DNA from: an uncultured Clostridia bacterium
GTDB lineage: Bacteria; Bacillota; Clostridia; Oscillospirales; CAG-272
Assembly: GCA_944381115.1 (NCBI GenBank)
Contig: CALWJV010000015.1
Location: forward strand, 139,894-203,893
Direction: 5' to 3'
DNA: 64,000 nt
Below are positions 55,356-64,000 of this stretch, in pieces; positions within the stretch are counted from its first letter, which is position 1, and each line of letters begins with the position of its first letter. A model generated the notes under the pieces. The model did no database searches. It saw nothing but the letters and a program-made list of their open reading frames with translations, and had not been told where the DNA came from. A program made the position numbers and the translations under genes.

Positions 55356-57938
55356 ATGACACCAATGATGCTCCAGTATCTTGAAGTAAAAAAACAGTAT
55401 GAAGACGCCTTTTTATTTTACAGACTCGGCGATTTTTACGAAATGTTTTTTGACGACGCAGTAAAGGCTTCAAAAATACTTGAGTTAACGCTTACCGGAC
55501 GTGACTGCGGAGAAGAAGAAAGAGCCCCAATGTGTGGAGTCCCATACCATGCGGCCGATGCATATATATCAAAACTTGTCGCCAAAGGGTATAAAGTTGT
55601 AATCTGCGAGCAGGTAGAAGATCCTAAGGAATCAAAGGGGCTTGTAAAAAGAGAGATCGTCCGGATAATTACTCCCGGAACGGTAACCGACAATACTATG
55701 CTGGACGACAGGCAGAATAACTACCTTGCTTCAATATATATTCATAAAGATGAGGGATGTATATCTTTTGCTGACGCATCTACCGGGGAGATGTATTCTA
55801 CTGTTTTGAAAGGTGAAAATCTCCCTGAGAGAATGGTAACAGTAGCCGAGGCGTACCATCCGAAAGAACTTCTTGTAAACGTATCTATTGATGAATACCC
55901 TGTGTTAAGAAATTATTTTAAAGAAAAACTTAAAGCAATAGTTAACAGTAAAATATATTCTGATTACAGTATTTCAGACGCAACAGTGACTGTAAAAAAA
56001 CAGTTTGAAAAAATTTCAGACAAAAAAATATTAGAGAACGAATGTGCAATTATGTCAGTCGGTGCTCTTTTAAAGTACATATCAGATACGCAAAAAACCG
56101 AGGTATCATATATAAAAAATATAAATCTGTTTACAGACGGCCAATTTCTTGAAATGGATCCGAATACCAGAAGAAATCTCGAACTTACCGAAACCATGAG
56201 GACAAAAGAAAAGCGCGGGACGCTCCTGTGGGTATTGGATCATACGGTAACATCAATGGGAGCACGCCTTCTTCGGAAATGGATAGAACTTCCTATTGTA
56301 AATACAGTTCAGATAATCAGACGGCAAGAAGCAATAGAAGAATTGAAAGACAGTTATATGCTTCGAGAAGAACTTGTACAAACAATGCGTTCCGTACTGG
56401 ATATAGAACGTCTTATGACGAAGATAATTTACGGAAGCGCAAATGCAAGAGATTTAAGAGCAATAGCGGATACCGTGTCAATAATCAATCCGGTTATTGA
56501 ACTTATGAGTGAAGTGAAGTGTGATGAACTTAAGTATATAAGGAATAAACTTGATCCATTGACTGAATTAATAAACGAAGTATCTTTTTCGATAGTTGAA
56601 CAACCTCCGTTTACTGTAAGGGAAGGCGGGATGATTGCAAACGGAGTAAATGAAGAACTTGACAGGCTTCGGGGACTTTTGACAAATAGCCGTGGATATC
56701 TTGAAGAACTGATAGAAGAGGAAAGAAAAGTTACCGGCATATCAAAACTCAAGTATGGATATAACCGTGTTTTCGGTTATTACATAGAGGTGACGAATGC
56801 AAATAAAGGAGAACTTCCGGATTATTATATAAGAAAGCAGACACTTTCGGGAGCAGAAAGGTACATAACCCCGAAACTAAAGGAACTTGAATCAGAGATA
56901 CTGGGGGCATCAGAAAAGATATCCGGGCTTGAATATGATATATTCTGCGAGTTAAGAGATAAGGTTGCATCTTTTTCCGAGCCAATTCAAAATAATGCTT
57001 CAATTTTAGCACTTCTTGACGTTTATCTCAGTTTGGGAGAGGTAGCGTCGAGAAATAATTTTGTTCGTCCGGATATCACATATGACGATAAGATAATAAT
57101 TAAGGACGGACGTCACCCTGTTGTAGAACAGTTTGTGCGTGACAGTTATTTTGTACCGAATGACACGGAACTTGATACAGTACATAACAGGCTGATGCTA
57201 ATAACAGGACCGAATATGGCAGGAAAATCCACGTATATGAGACAGGTTGCGATAATAACGATCATGGCGCAGATGGGGTCGTTTGTACCTGCCACTGAGG
57301 CTGAGATCGGAATAGTAGACAAACTGTTCACGAGAGTAGGAGCGTCTGACGATCTGGCATCCGGTCAGTCAACTTTTATGCTTGAGATGAGCGAGGTTGC
57401 CTATATACTTAAGAACGCAACAAAGCGATCGCTGATAATATACGATGAGATCGGAAGAGGGACAAGTACCTTTGACGGAATGAGTATTGCACGTGCAGTT
57501 GCAGAATACACTGCAAGTAAAAAAATCGGTTCCAAAACGTTATTTGCCACACATTATCACGAATTAACATCACTTGAAAATGAAATTGAAGGAGTAGTTA
57601 ATTATAATATTGTGGCAAAGAAAAAGGGCGATGATATAATTTTTTTGCGTAAAATAGTAAAAGGGAGCGCAGATGACAGTTACGGAATAGAGGTTGCAAA
57701 ACTTGCCGGTATTCCATCCGAAATTATCAAAAAAGCAAAAGAGATACTTAAAAAAATTGAAAGCGAAAGTGCTGTTTTACCCAAAGAAGAAAAAGTATCG
57801 GAAAATTCATCAAATAATATGTCATTTGACGATATGATAAATTCAAAAATTGCAGACAGAGTTAAATCGGTGGATATAAATACCATTACTCCAATTGAGG
57901 CGCTCAATTTTATTTTCGAGTTAAAAAAAATGCTGTAA
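55356..57938 (+). CDS. mutS: DNA mismatch repair protein MutS
   Basis: TPMMLQYLEVKKQY..FYRLGDFYEMFFDDA and Walker A TGPNMAGKSTYMRQ. Confidence 0.95.
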   Translation: MTPMMLQYLEVKKQYEDAFLFYRLGDFYEMFFDDAVKASKILELTLTGRDCGEEERAPMCGVPYHAADAYISKLVAKGYKVVICEQVEDPKESKGLVKREIVRIITPGTVTDNTMLDDRQNNYLASIYIHKDEGCISFADASTGEMYSTVLKGENLPERMVTVAEAYHPKELLVNVSIDEYPVLRNYFKEKLKAIVNSKIYSDYSISDATVTVKKQFEKISDKKILENECAIMSVGALLKYISDTQKTEVSYIKNINLFTDGQFLEMDPNTRRNLELTETMRTKEKRGTLLWVLDHTVTSMGARLLRKWIELPIVNTVQIIRRQEAIEELKDSYMLREELVQTMRSVLDIERLMTKIIYGSANARDLRAIADTVSIINPVIELMSEVKCDELKYIRNKLDPLTELINEVSFSIVEQPPFTVREGGMIANGVNEELDRLRGLLTNSRGYLEELIEEERKVTGISKLKYGYNRVFGYYIEVTNANKGELPDYYIRKQTLSGAERYITPKLKELESEILGASEKISGLEYDIFCELRDKVASFSEPIQNNASILALLDVYLSLGEVASRNNFVRPDITYDDKIIIKDGRHPVVEQFVRDSYFVPNDTELDTVHNRLMLITGPNMAGKSTYMRQVAIITIMAQMGSFVPATEAEIGIVDKLFTRVGASDDLASGQSTFMLEMSEVAYILKNATKRSLIIYDEIGRGTSTFDGMSIARAVAEYTASKKIGSKTLFATHYHELTSLENEIEGVVNYNIVAKKKGDDIIFLRKIVKGSADDSYGIEVAKLAGIPSEIIKKAKEILKKIESESAVLPKEEKVSENSSNNMSFDDMINSKIADRVKSVDINTITPIEALNFIFELKKML

Positions 57939-58036
57939 AGTACTTTGAAACAATGTTTAAGTGAAGCAAAAAATTTATCAGAAAATATGAGTAAAAAAAC
58001 ATTTGAAAAATAAAAAGACATAAAAATAAAGGAGAT

Positions 58037-60220
58037 ATGCAAAAGGTGGGAATAATAAATGTATTGTCCCCTCAGGTTGCAAATTTGATTGCTGCAGGAG
58101 AGGTAGTTGACAGGCCGGCATCGGTTATAAAAGAACTAATGGAAAATGCAATAGACGCAAAAGCCACTGATGTTACTGTGGAAATAAAGCACGGCGGTAT
58201 AACCTTTATGCGTGTTTCCGATAACGGTTGCGGAATGAGCAAAGAAGATGTTCCGATATGCATAAAAAGGCATGCGACAAGTAAGATAATGGATGAAAGC
58301 GATCTTGACGCAATATCGACGCTTGGTTTCAGAGGAGAGGCACTTGCAGCAATTGGTTCTGTATCAACACTTAAGATATTCACAAAGCCGCGTGATGAAT
58401 TAATGGGAACACAACTTTTAAGTGAGGGCGGTGAGATAAAAGAGGTAACCGAAGCAGGGTGCCGCAACGGTACGACGGTAATCGTTGAAGAACTTTTTGC
58501 AAACGTTCCTGCAAGAAGGAAGTTTTTGAAAAAAGATACATCGGAGTCGCTTGCTGTTTTAGCTGTAGTTGAAAAAATTGCGCTTTCAAGGGCGGATCTT
58601 GCAATTAAATTCATATCAGACGGGGTATTAAAATTCAGTACTGCAGGAGATGGAAATCTCCGTAACTGTATATACGCGGTGCTTGGGCGCGAATTTGCAA
58701 AATCTTTAACAGCGGTCCATGGTATGACCGGCGGAATAGAGGTCGAAGGCTTCGTAGGAACTCCGACAAATATAAGGGTAAACAGGAATTATCAAAACTT
58801 TTTCATTAACGGCAGATACGTAAAAAGCCGTACGGCAATGGCGGCTCTTGAGCAGGCATTTACGTCCTATATACCTTCTGATAAATTTCCGGTTTGCGTA
58901 ATAAAAATAACTATACACCCTTCCCTTGTAGATGTAAATGTACACCCGACAAAACTTGAGGTAAAATTTTCAAACGAGCAGGCAGTTTTTGATGCGATAT
59001 ATTCCGCCGTACGTTCAGCGCTTCAAAAAAACCTTGCTCTACCGGTTTTAAATTTAAAAACAACAGAGGAAGCAAAAAAACAGGCAAGACTTTTAAACGG
59101 ATTTACTCCGATCAGAGATAGGGGAGAAACGCAAAGCGAAAAAATCACATATCAATCGGTTGAAAAAAGAATGCAGGCTGTTTCGGATATGCATCTTTAT
59201 TCTACGCATGCAGCAATAACCGATCCTTTGAGGACACGTCCGGAAGATGATGGTAAAACCACATTGCCACTTTCGTTTGACAGTGAGGAAAATGCAGATA
59301 TAACCGAACCTTCCGTAACAGAAAAAACAACTGTTTTTTCGGGGTTCGATAAATTTGTAAAAGAAATACCGATAAGTACTGAAAAAGTTTTCGGGAGCAC
59401 GGAAAACAAGAAAAAAGATGAAGGTGCGGATACGGCAAAAGCCGACGGAGGAGATGACTTAATTGATGACAGTGCGTTCAGTATAGGAAATAACTATAAA
59501 GAAAAAGAACTGTTGCATAAAAAAAGACAGGAAGAAAAATATTCAAAAGAAAATGCAAATGCAGTTACCGAAAAGGTAATACCGGAGTATTCTGTAAGCA
59601 ATATAAACAGAGAATCGGCAGGTGCTCAGGCGGAATCTGAAATTCCGGAATATGAAATACTGGGTGAGGCATTCAACTCATACATAATAGTAGAGACAGA
59701 AGGAAAACTTCTGATGATAGATAAACATGCTGCACATGAAAGGATCCTTTTTGAGGATATGAAAAGGAATATATCAAGCGGTGCAAACAGTCAGATTTTA
59801 ATGCTTCCGCTTGAAATTATGCTTTCTCCAGCAGAAACAGACGCCGCTTTGAACTACAAAGAAGAGATCAATGCAACAGGATTTGATTTTTCAATTAAAG
59901 ACGGCGGAGTAACGGTAACTGCAATACCGTCAGGTCTTTCTGCAAACGAAGCGGAAACATTTTTTGTCAGTGTTGTAGGTAAGATATCATCAGGTACGGG
60001 AAATCTTGAAAGTACGAGGCGAGATTTTTATGAGCAGGCTCTTTATCAAGCCTCATGTAAGGCAGCAATAAAAGCAGGAAGAATATATGACGAAGGCGAT
60101 ACTGATTGGGTATGTAAGCAGGTTTTATCAAATCCTGCGGTACGTTTTTGTCCTCACGGAAGACCAGTTGCTTTTGAACTGTCAAAAGAAGAGATCGAGC
60201 ATATGTTCAAAAGAAAGTGA
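58037..60220 (+). CDS. mutL: DNA mismatch repair protein MutL
   Basis: LSPQVANLIAAGEVVDRPASVIKELMENAIDA, LGFRGEAL, and a C-terminal endonuclease-type domain (DKHAAHERILFE). Confidence 0.95.
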   Translation: MQKVGIINVLSPQVANLIAAGEVVDRPASVIKELMENAIDAKATDVTVEIKHGGITFMRVSDNGCGMSKEDVPICIKRHATSKIMDESDLDAISTLGFRGEALAAIGSVSTLKIFTKPRDELMGTQLLSEGGEIKEVTEAGCRNGTTVIVEELFANVPARRKFLKKDTSESLAVLAVVEKIALSRADLAIKFISDGVLKFSTAGDGNLRNCIYAVLGREFAKSLTAVHGMTGGIEVEGFVGTPTNIRVNRNYQNFFINGRYVKSRTAMAALEQAFTSYIPSDKFPVCVIKITIHPSLVDVNVHPTKLEVKFSNEQAVFDAIYSAVRSALQKNLALPVLNLKTTEEAKKQARLLNGFTPIRDRGETQSEKITYQSVEKRMQAVSDMHLYSTHAAITDPLRTRPEDDGKTTLPLSFDSEENADITEPSVTEKTTVFSGFDKFVKEIPISTEKVFGSTENKKKDEGADTAKADGGDDLIDDSAFSIGNNYKEKELLHKKRQEEKYSKENANAVTEKVIPEYSVSNINRESAGAQAESEIPEYEILGEAFNSYIIVETEGKLLMIDKHAAHERILFEDMKRNISSGANSQILMLPLEIMLSPAETDAALNYKEEINATGFDFSIKDGGVTVTAIPSGLSANEAETFFVSVVGKISSGTGNLESTRRDFYEQALYQASCKAAIKAGRIYDEGDTDWVCKQVLSNPAVRFCPHGRPVAFELSKEEIEHMFKRK

Positions 60221-60302
60221 TATGACGAGGTATATTATAAATGTTTCAAAAATTGTTGTGAAGAAAAAAAGGATTTGAATAATACAGAATTTACATAAAT
60301 AA

Positions 60303-61475
<1,173 letters not shown>

Positions 61476-61493
61476 CTATATGGAGTAGATTAT

Positions 61494-62204
61494 ATGAAAA
61501 GAAAAATACGCTTTTTAACAGCAGTTTTTGCCTTTTTAAGTGTTTTGACTTCAATGCCGTTTTCGGTAAATGCCGCACAAGCAGAAAGCGGAGTAGAGTA
61601 TAGAATAAGCGATGACGGAACATATGTTATTATTACCGGGATCACAGAAGAATTTCCATCGGTTAAAATCGAATCGGAAATAGAAGGACTTCCGGTAAAG
61701 GAGATTGCCGCATCAGCATTTCAAAATAAATACTCCCTTTATACAATAGAAATACCGGACAGTGTAACGGTTATAGGTGAGGCGGCGTTCCGAAACTGCC
61801 GAAGCCTTGTATCTGTCCGACTTCCGGCAGGCCTTAAAGAACTTAAAATGGATACGTTCAGGGACTGTTCCGTATTAAGCAGTATAACGCTTCCCAGTAC
61901 ACTTGAAACCATAGGAGATTTTTGTTTTCAGGGTTGCATAAAACTCGGAAAACTGACAATTCCAGCGTTGGTAAATGAGATAGGGTACGACGCCTTTATG
62001 GAGTGTGAGAGCATCATGCTTAATGTCAAAGAGAACGCATATGCCGCCGAATATGCCGCGGCAAACAACGTAAACACCGAATTTTCCGGAACCGGCACAT
62101 ATTTCTTTCTTATGATGACACTTGGAACGGTCGTCCTTTTTGCGGCGGTATTTTTTGTTATCTTTATAGCAAAAAAGATCATAAAAAAGTCTTCCGGTAA
62201 ATAA
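61494..62204 (+). CDS. BspA-type leucine-rich-repeat surface protein, membrane anchored
   Basis: Signal peptide ending in VNA|AQ. Repeats of the form IPDSVTVIGEAAFRNCRSL / LPAGLKELKMDTFRDCSVL / LPSTLETIGDFCFQGCIKL. C-terminal TM plus a KKIIKK stop-transfer sequence. Confidence 0.7.
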   Translation: MKRKIRFLTAVFAFLSVLTSMPFSVNAAQAESGVEYRISDDGTYVIITGITEEFPSVKIESEIEGLPVKEIAASAFQNKYSLYTIEIPDSVTVIGEAAFRNCRSLVSVRLPAGLKELKMDTFRDCSVLSSITLPSTLETIGDFCFQGCIKLGKLTIPALVNEIGYDAFMECESIMLNVKENAYAAEYAAANNVNTEFSGTGTYFFLMMTLGTVVLFAAVFFVIFIAKKIIKKSSGK

Positions 62205-62323
62205 GCACTTATGCGTATAACGATGTGTAAGGAAGCCGTTTGTTTTAAAAATAAGATAACGGGGTAAAAATAAGAACGCAAGACATTGATAAACAAAAAT
62301 AAAAAATAAAATTTAAAAAACTC

Positions 62324-62352
62324 TTGACAAACGTCTAAAATTGTGATATCAT
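62324..62352 (+). promoter_or_regulatory. sigma-A type promoter (TTGACA-17-TATCAT) of the tRNA gene
   Basis: TTGACA at 62324-62329 and TATCAT at 62347-62352. Confidence 0.45.
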
Positions 62353-62369
62353 AATTAAGTGCAAAAAGT

Positions 62370-62446
<77 letters not shown>

Positions 62447-62474
62447 CAATCGGGTGCTTTCGGCTACCCAGACA

Positions 62475-62506
62475 AAAGCTCTTACGCATGTAAGGGCTTT
62501 TTGTGT
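62475..62506 (+). terminator. rho-independent terminator after the tRNA
   Basis: Stem AAAGCTCTTAC/GTAAGGGCTTT followed by TTGTGTTTT. Confidence 0.55.
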
Positions 62507-62958
62507 TTTCGGGGTAAAAGAAAATTTTTACGAAAGGTGGCGATCTGTATCAAAAATATTATACAAAGTTTTTCGGTTGCACTGACAGTTATATATGTGC
62601 CTTGCTTACTTATTGTTACCGCATTTGTCGAAGACGGCGTGTTGATCGAACTACCTTATATATTCCTACTTTTTTTAATATTTTGTATTCGTTCCCCGTT
62701 TTTATTGCGCTTATTCAGTTATTAAATACAGTGGGGCTTGTTGCAGGAAAAGAACGGGTCGGAGTATATGAAAAAGGTATCAATATTGCTGTTTCTCTAA
62801 TCTATGCCCCAATAATCATTCTGTCGTTTTCAGCCGAAAAAACACTGTACTTTATGTTCGCATTGGCGGTGCTTTTATTGCTTATGAACATTAATACGGC
62901 AATACTGTTAAAGAAAAAGATCTCCGTTGATCTTTTAAAGCGAAGAATTACATGGTGA
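62501..62958 (+). pseudogene. small polytopic membrane protein split between two frames at a T7 run
   Basis: Frame 1 (62501-62725) gives a natural TM N-terminus. Frame 2 (62602-62958) gives a natural TM C-terminus, but its N-terminal part is Arg-rich and implausible. The frames swap at TTTTTTT, 62670-62676. Confidence 0.3.
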
Positions 62959-63127
62959 TTACGGTCATTATCATCATAGCGGTGACAACCGTTACTTTAT
63001 TGACTGTCGGTATAAGTAAAAGCAAGAACCGAAGGGAAGATCCTTCAAAAACACGTCAGACCGAATTTATATGAATAAAAAATTAATACAGGAGACTGAT
63101 TAAATTTGAAAAAACGGAGATGTGGTC

Positions 63128-64000
63128 ATGAAGCATCCTGAAAGAAAAAAAGCAAAAATATTTGATACTCCAGGCAGATGCTGTGCATTTACCGAGATCG
63201 TCTACGGAGGAAAAAACGGCCGTACCTATGCAGATCTTTCTAAGACGGCAGCGGCTTTTTTCCCTCCTGCACCTGAATATAATATCTATTTCGGCGATGT
63301 TCACGGACATACCGACCTTTCCGACGGCAGGATTGATGTTGACGGTTATTACAAAAATTTGCGTGATACCGTAAAACTTGATTTTGCTGCGCTTACAGAC
63401 CATGATCACGGAGGCGTTGGCAAAGATGAACTCTGGGCAGGAAGCCCGTCAAAATGGGATATAATAAAATCAAAGGCAAAGGAGTATTATAAGCCCGGAA
63501 AATTCACGACTCTCCTTGCATATGAGCGAGACTCTTATCCTTACTATGATAATCTTATAGTTTATTACAATAATCATGACGGAGAAATGATTCGCGGGGA
63601 AAAGGATGGTGAGTTTACTGAAAAGGAACTGCGTGCAGCACTTGAACGCGATGACATTATTCTTATTCCGCATGATACATATTATCTACCGGCAGGTGCG
63701 GCGCTCTCAAAACTTGGTGTTTCGTTACTAACACCACTTATAGAGGTGTATTCAAACGGCGACTGTGCCGAATATTTCGGTAACCCGCTTATGACGGAAA
63801 CATATATCCGCGGCGGCTTCTGGCAGGACGCACTTATAAGAGGTGCAAGAATGGGATGTGTAGGCGGAAGCGATAACCACGCCGGAAAAGGCGGCAGAGT
63901 TTTGGAAGGTATGCCGTACCCGCTCAATTATCAGGGACTTACCGGCGTATGGGCAAAAGAAAATACTGTAAAAGGTATTTTTGAGGCAATAAAATCAAGA
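63128..64000 (+). CDS. PHP-domain-like / DUF3604-like metal-dependent hydrolase, 3' end outside the window (not in the ORF track)
   Basis: My own translation is open for 291 codons to the window edge: MKHPERKKAKIFDTPGRCCAFTE...YFGDVHGHTDLSDG...LTDHDHGG...GGSDNHAG. GGAG SD upstream. The minus-strand ORFs listed here are shadows. Confidence 0.55.
   Translation, partial: MKHPERKKAKIFDTPGRCCAFTEIVYGGKNGRTYADLSKTAAAFFPPAPEYNIYFGDVHGHTDLSDGRIDVDGYYKNLRDTVKLDFAALTDHDHGGVGKDELWAGSPSKWDIIKSKAKEYYKPGKFTTLLAYERDSYPYYDNLIVYYNNHDGEMIRGEKDGEFTEKELRAALERDDIILIPHDTYYLPAGAALSKLGVSLLTPLIEVYSNGDCAEYFGNPLMTETYIRGGFWQDALIRGARMGCVGGSDNHAGKGGRVLEGMPYPLNYQGLTGVWAKENTVKGIFEAIKSR

Noticed and set aside
58072-58614. 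180-aa minus-strand ORF
   Set aside because: It is antisense to the conserved N-terminal ATPase domain of mutL. Its Ser/Ala/Thr-rich composition is typical of a shadow ORF.

Overview
Visibly AT-rich, gene-dense chromosomal segment of a Firmicutes/Clostridia-type bacterium. Supporting signs are GGAGG-type ribosome binding sites, TTGACA-17-TATAAT promoters, a T-box leader and miaB-mutS-mutL synteny. The housekeeping backbone is a GyrB/ParE-like topoisomerase subunit, rnr, holA, valS with a Val T-box, glyQS, efp, rpmE, miaB, mutS, mutL, tgt and tRNA-Arg(ACG). Between these lie accessory blocks. (1) A HAD / fused double-DUF1538 membrane protein / two P-II-like proteins operon. (2) A CofE-like ligase next to a GMP-synthase ATP-pyrophosphatase domain that has no amidotransferase half. 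(3) An ECF sigma / zinc anti-sigma / PflX-type radical SAM trio. (4) A yybP-ykoY (Mn2+)-type riboswitch in front of one of two P-type ATPases. (5) A glycan-type island: GH38 mannosidase, two AraC regulators, YegP, an ADP-ribosylglycohydrolase-fold protein, a TIM-barrel isomerase and an OYE-like flavoenzyme. (6) A HAD / deoxyhypusine-synthase-like / PfkB kinase operon. (7) A 1,652-aa secreted multi-module protein followed by an HprK-like P-loop / PqqD-type / S26-like peptidase operon with no recognisable substrate gene. I consider this last operon the best candidate for an undescribed system. (8) A decayed mobile-element scar apparently inserted into the rpmE/ATPase intergenic terminator. (9) An orphan CpsB-CpsC-CpsD tyrosine-kinase module. 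No CRISPR array, rRNA or intact transposase was seen. All functional calls rest on motifs read by eye from the translated ORFs. No database search was run.
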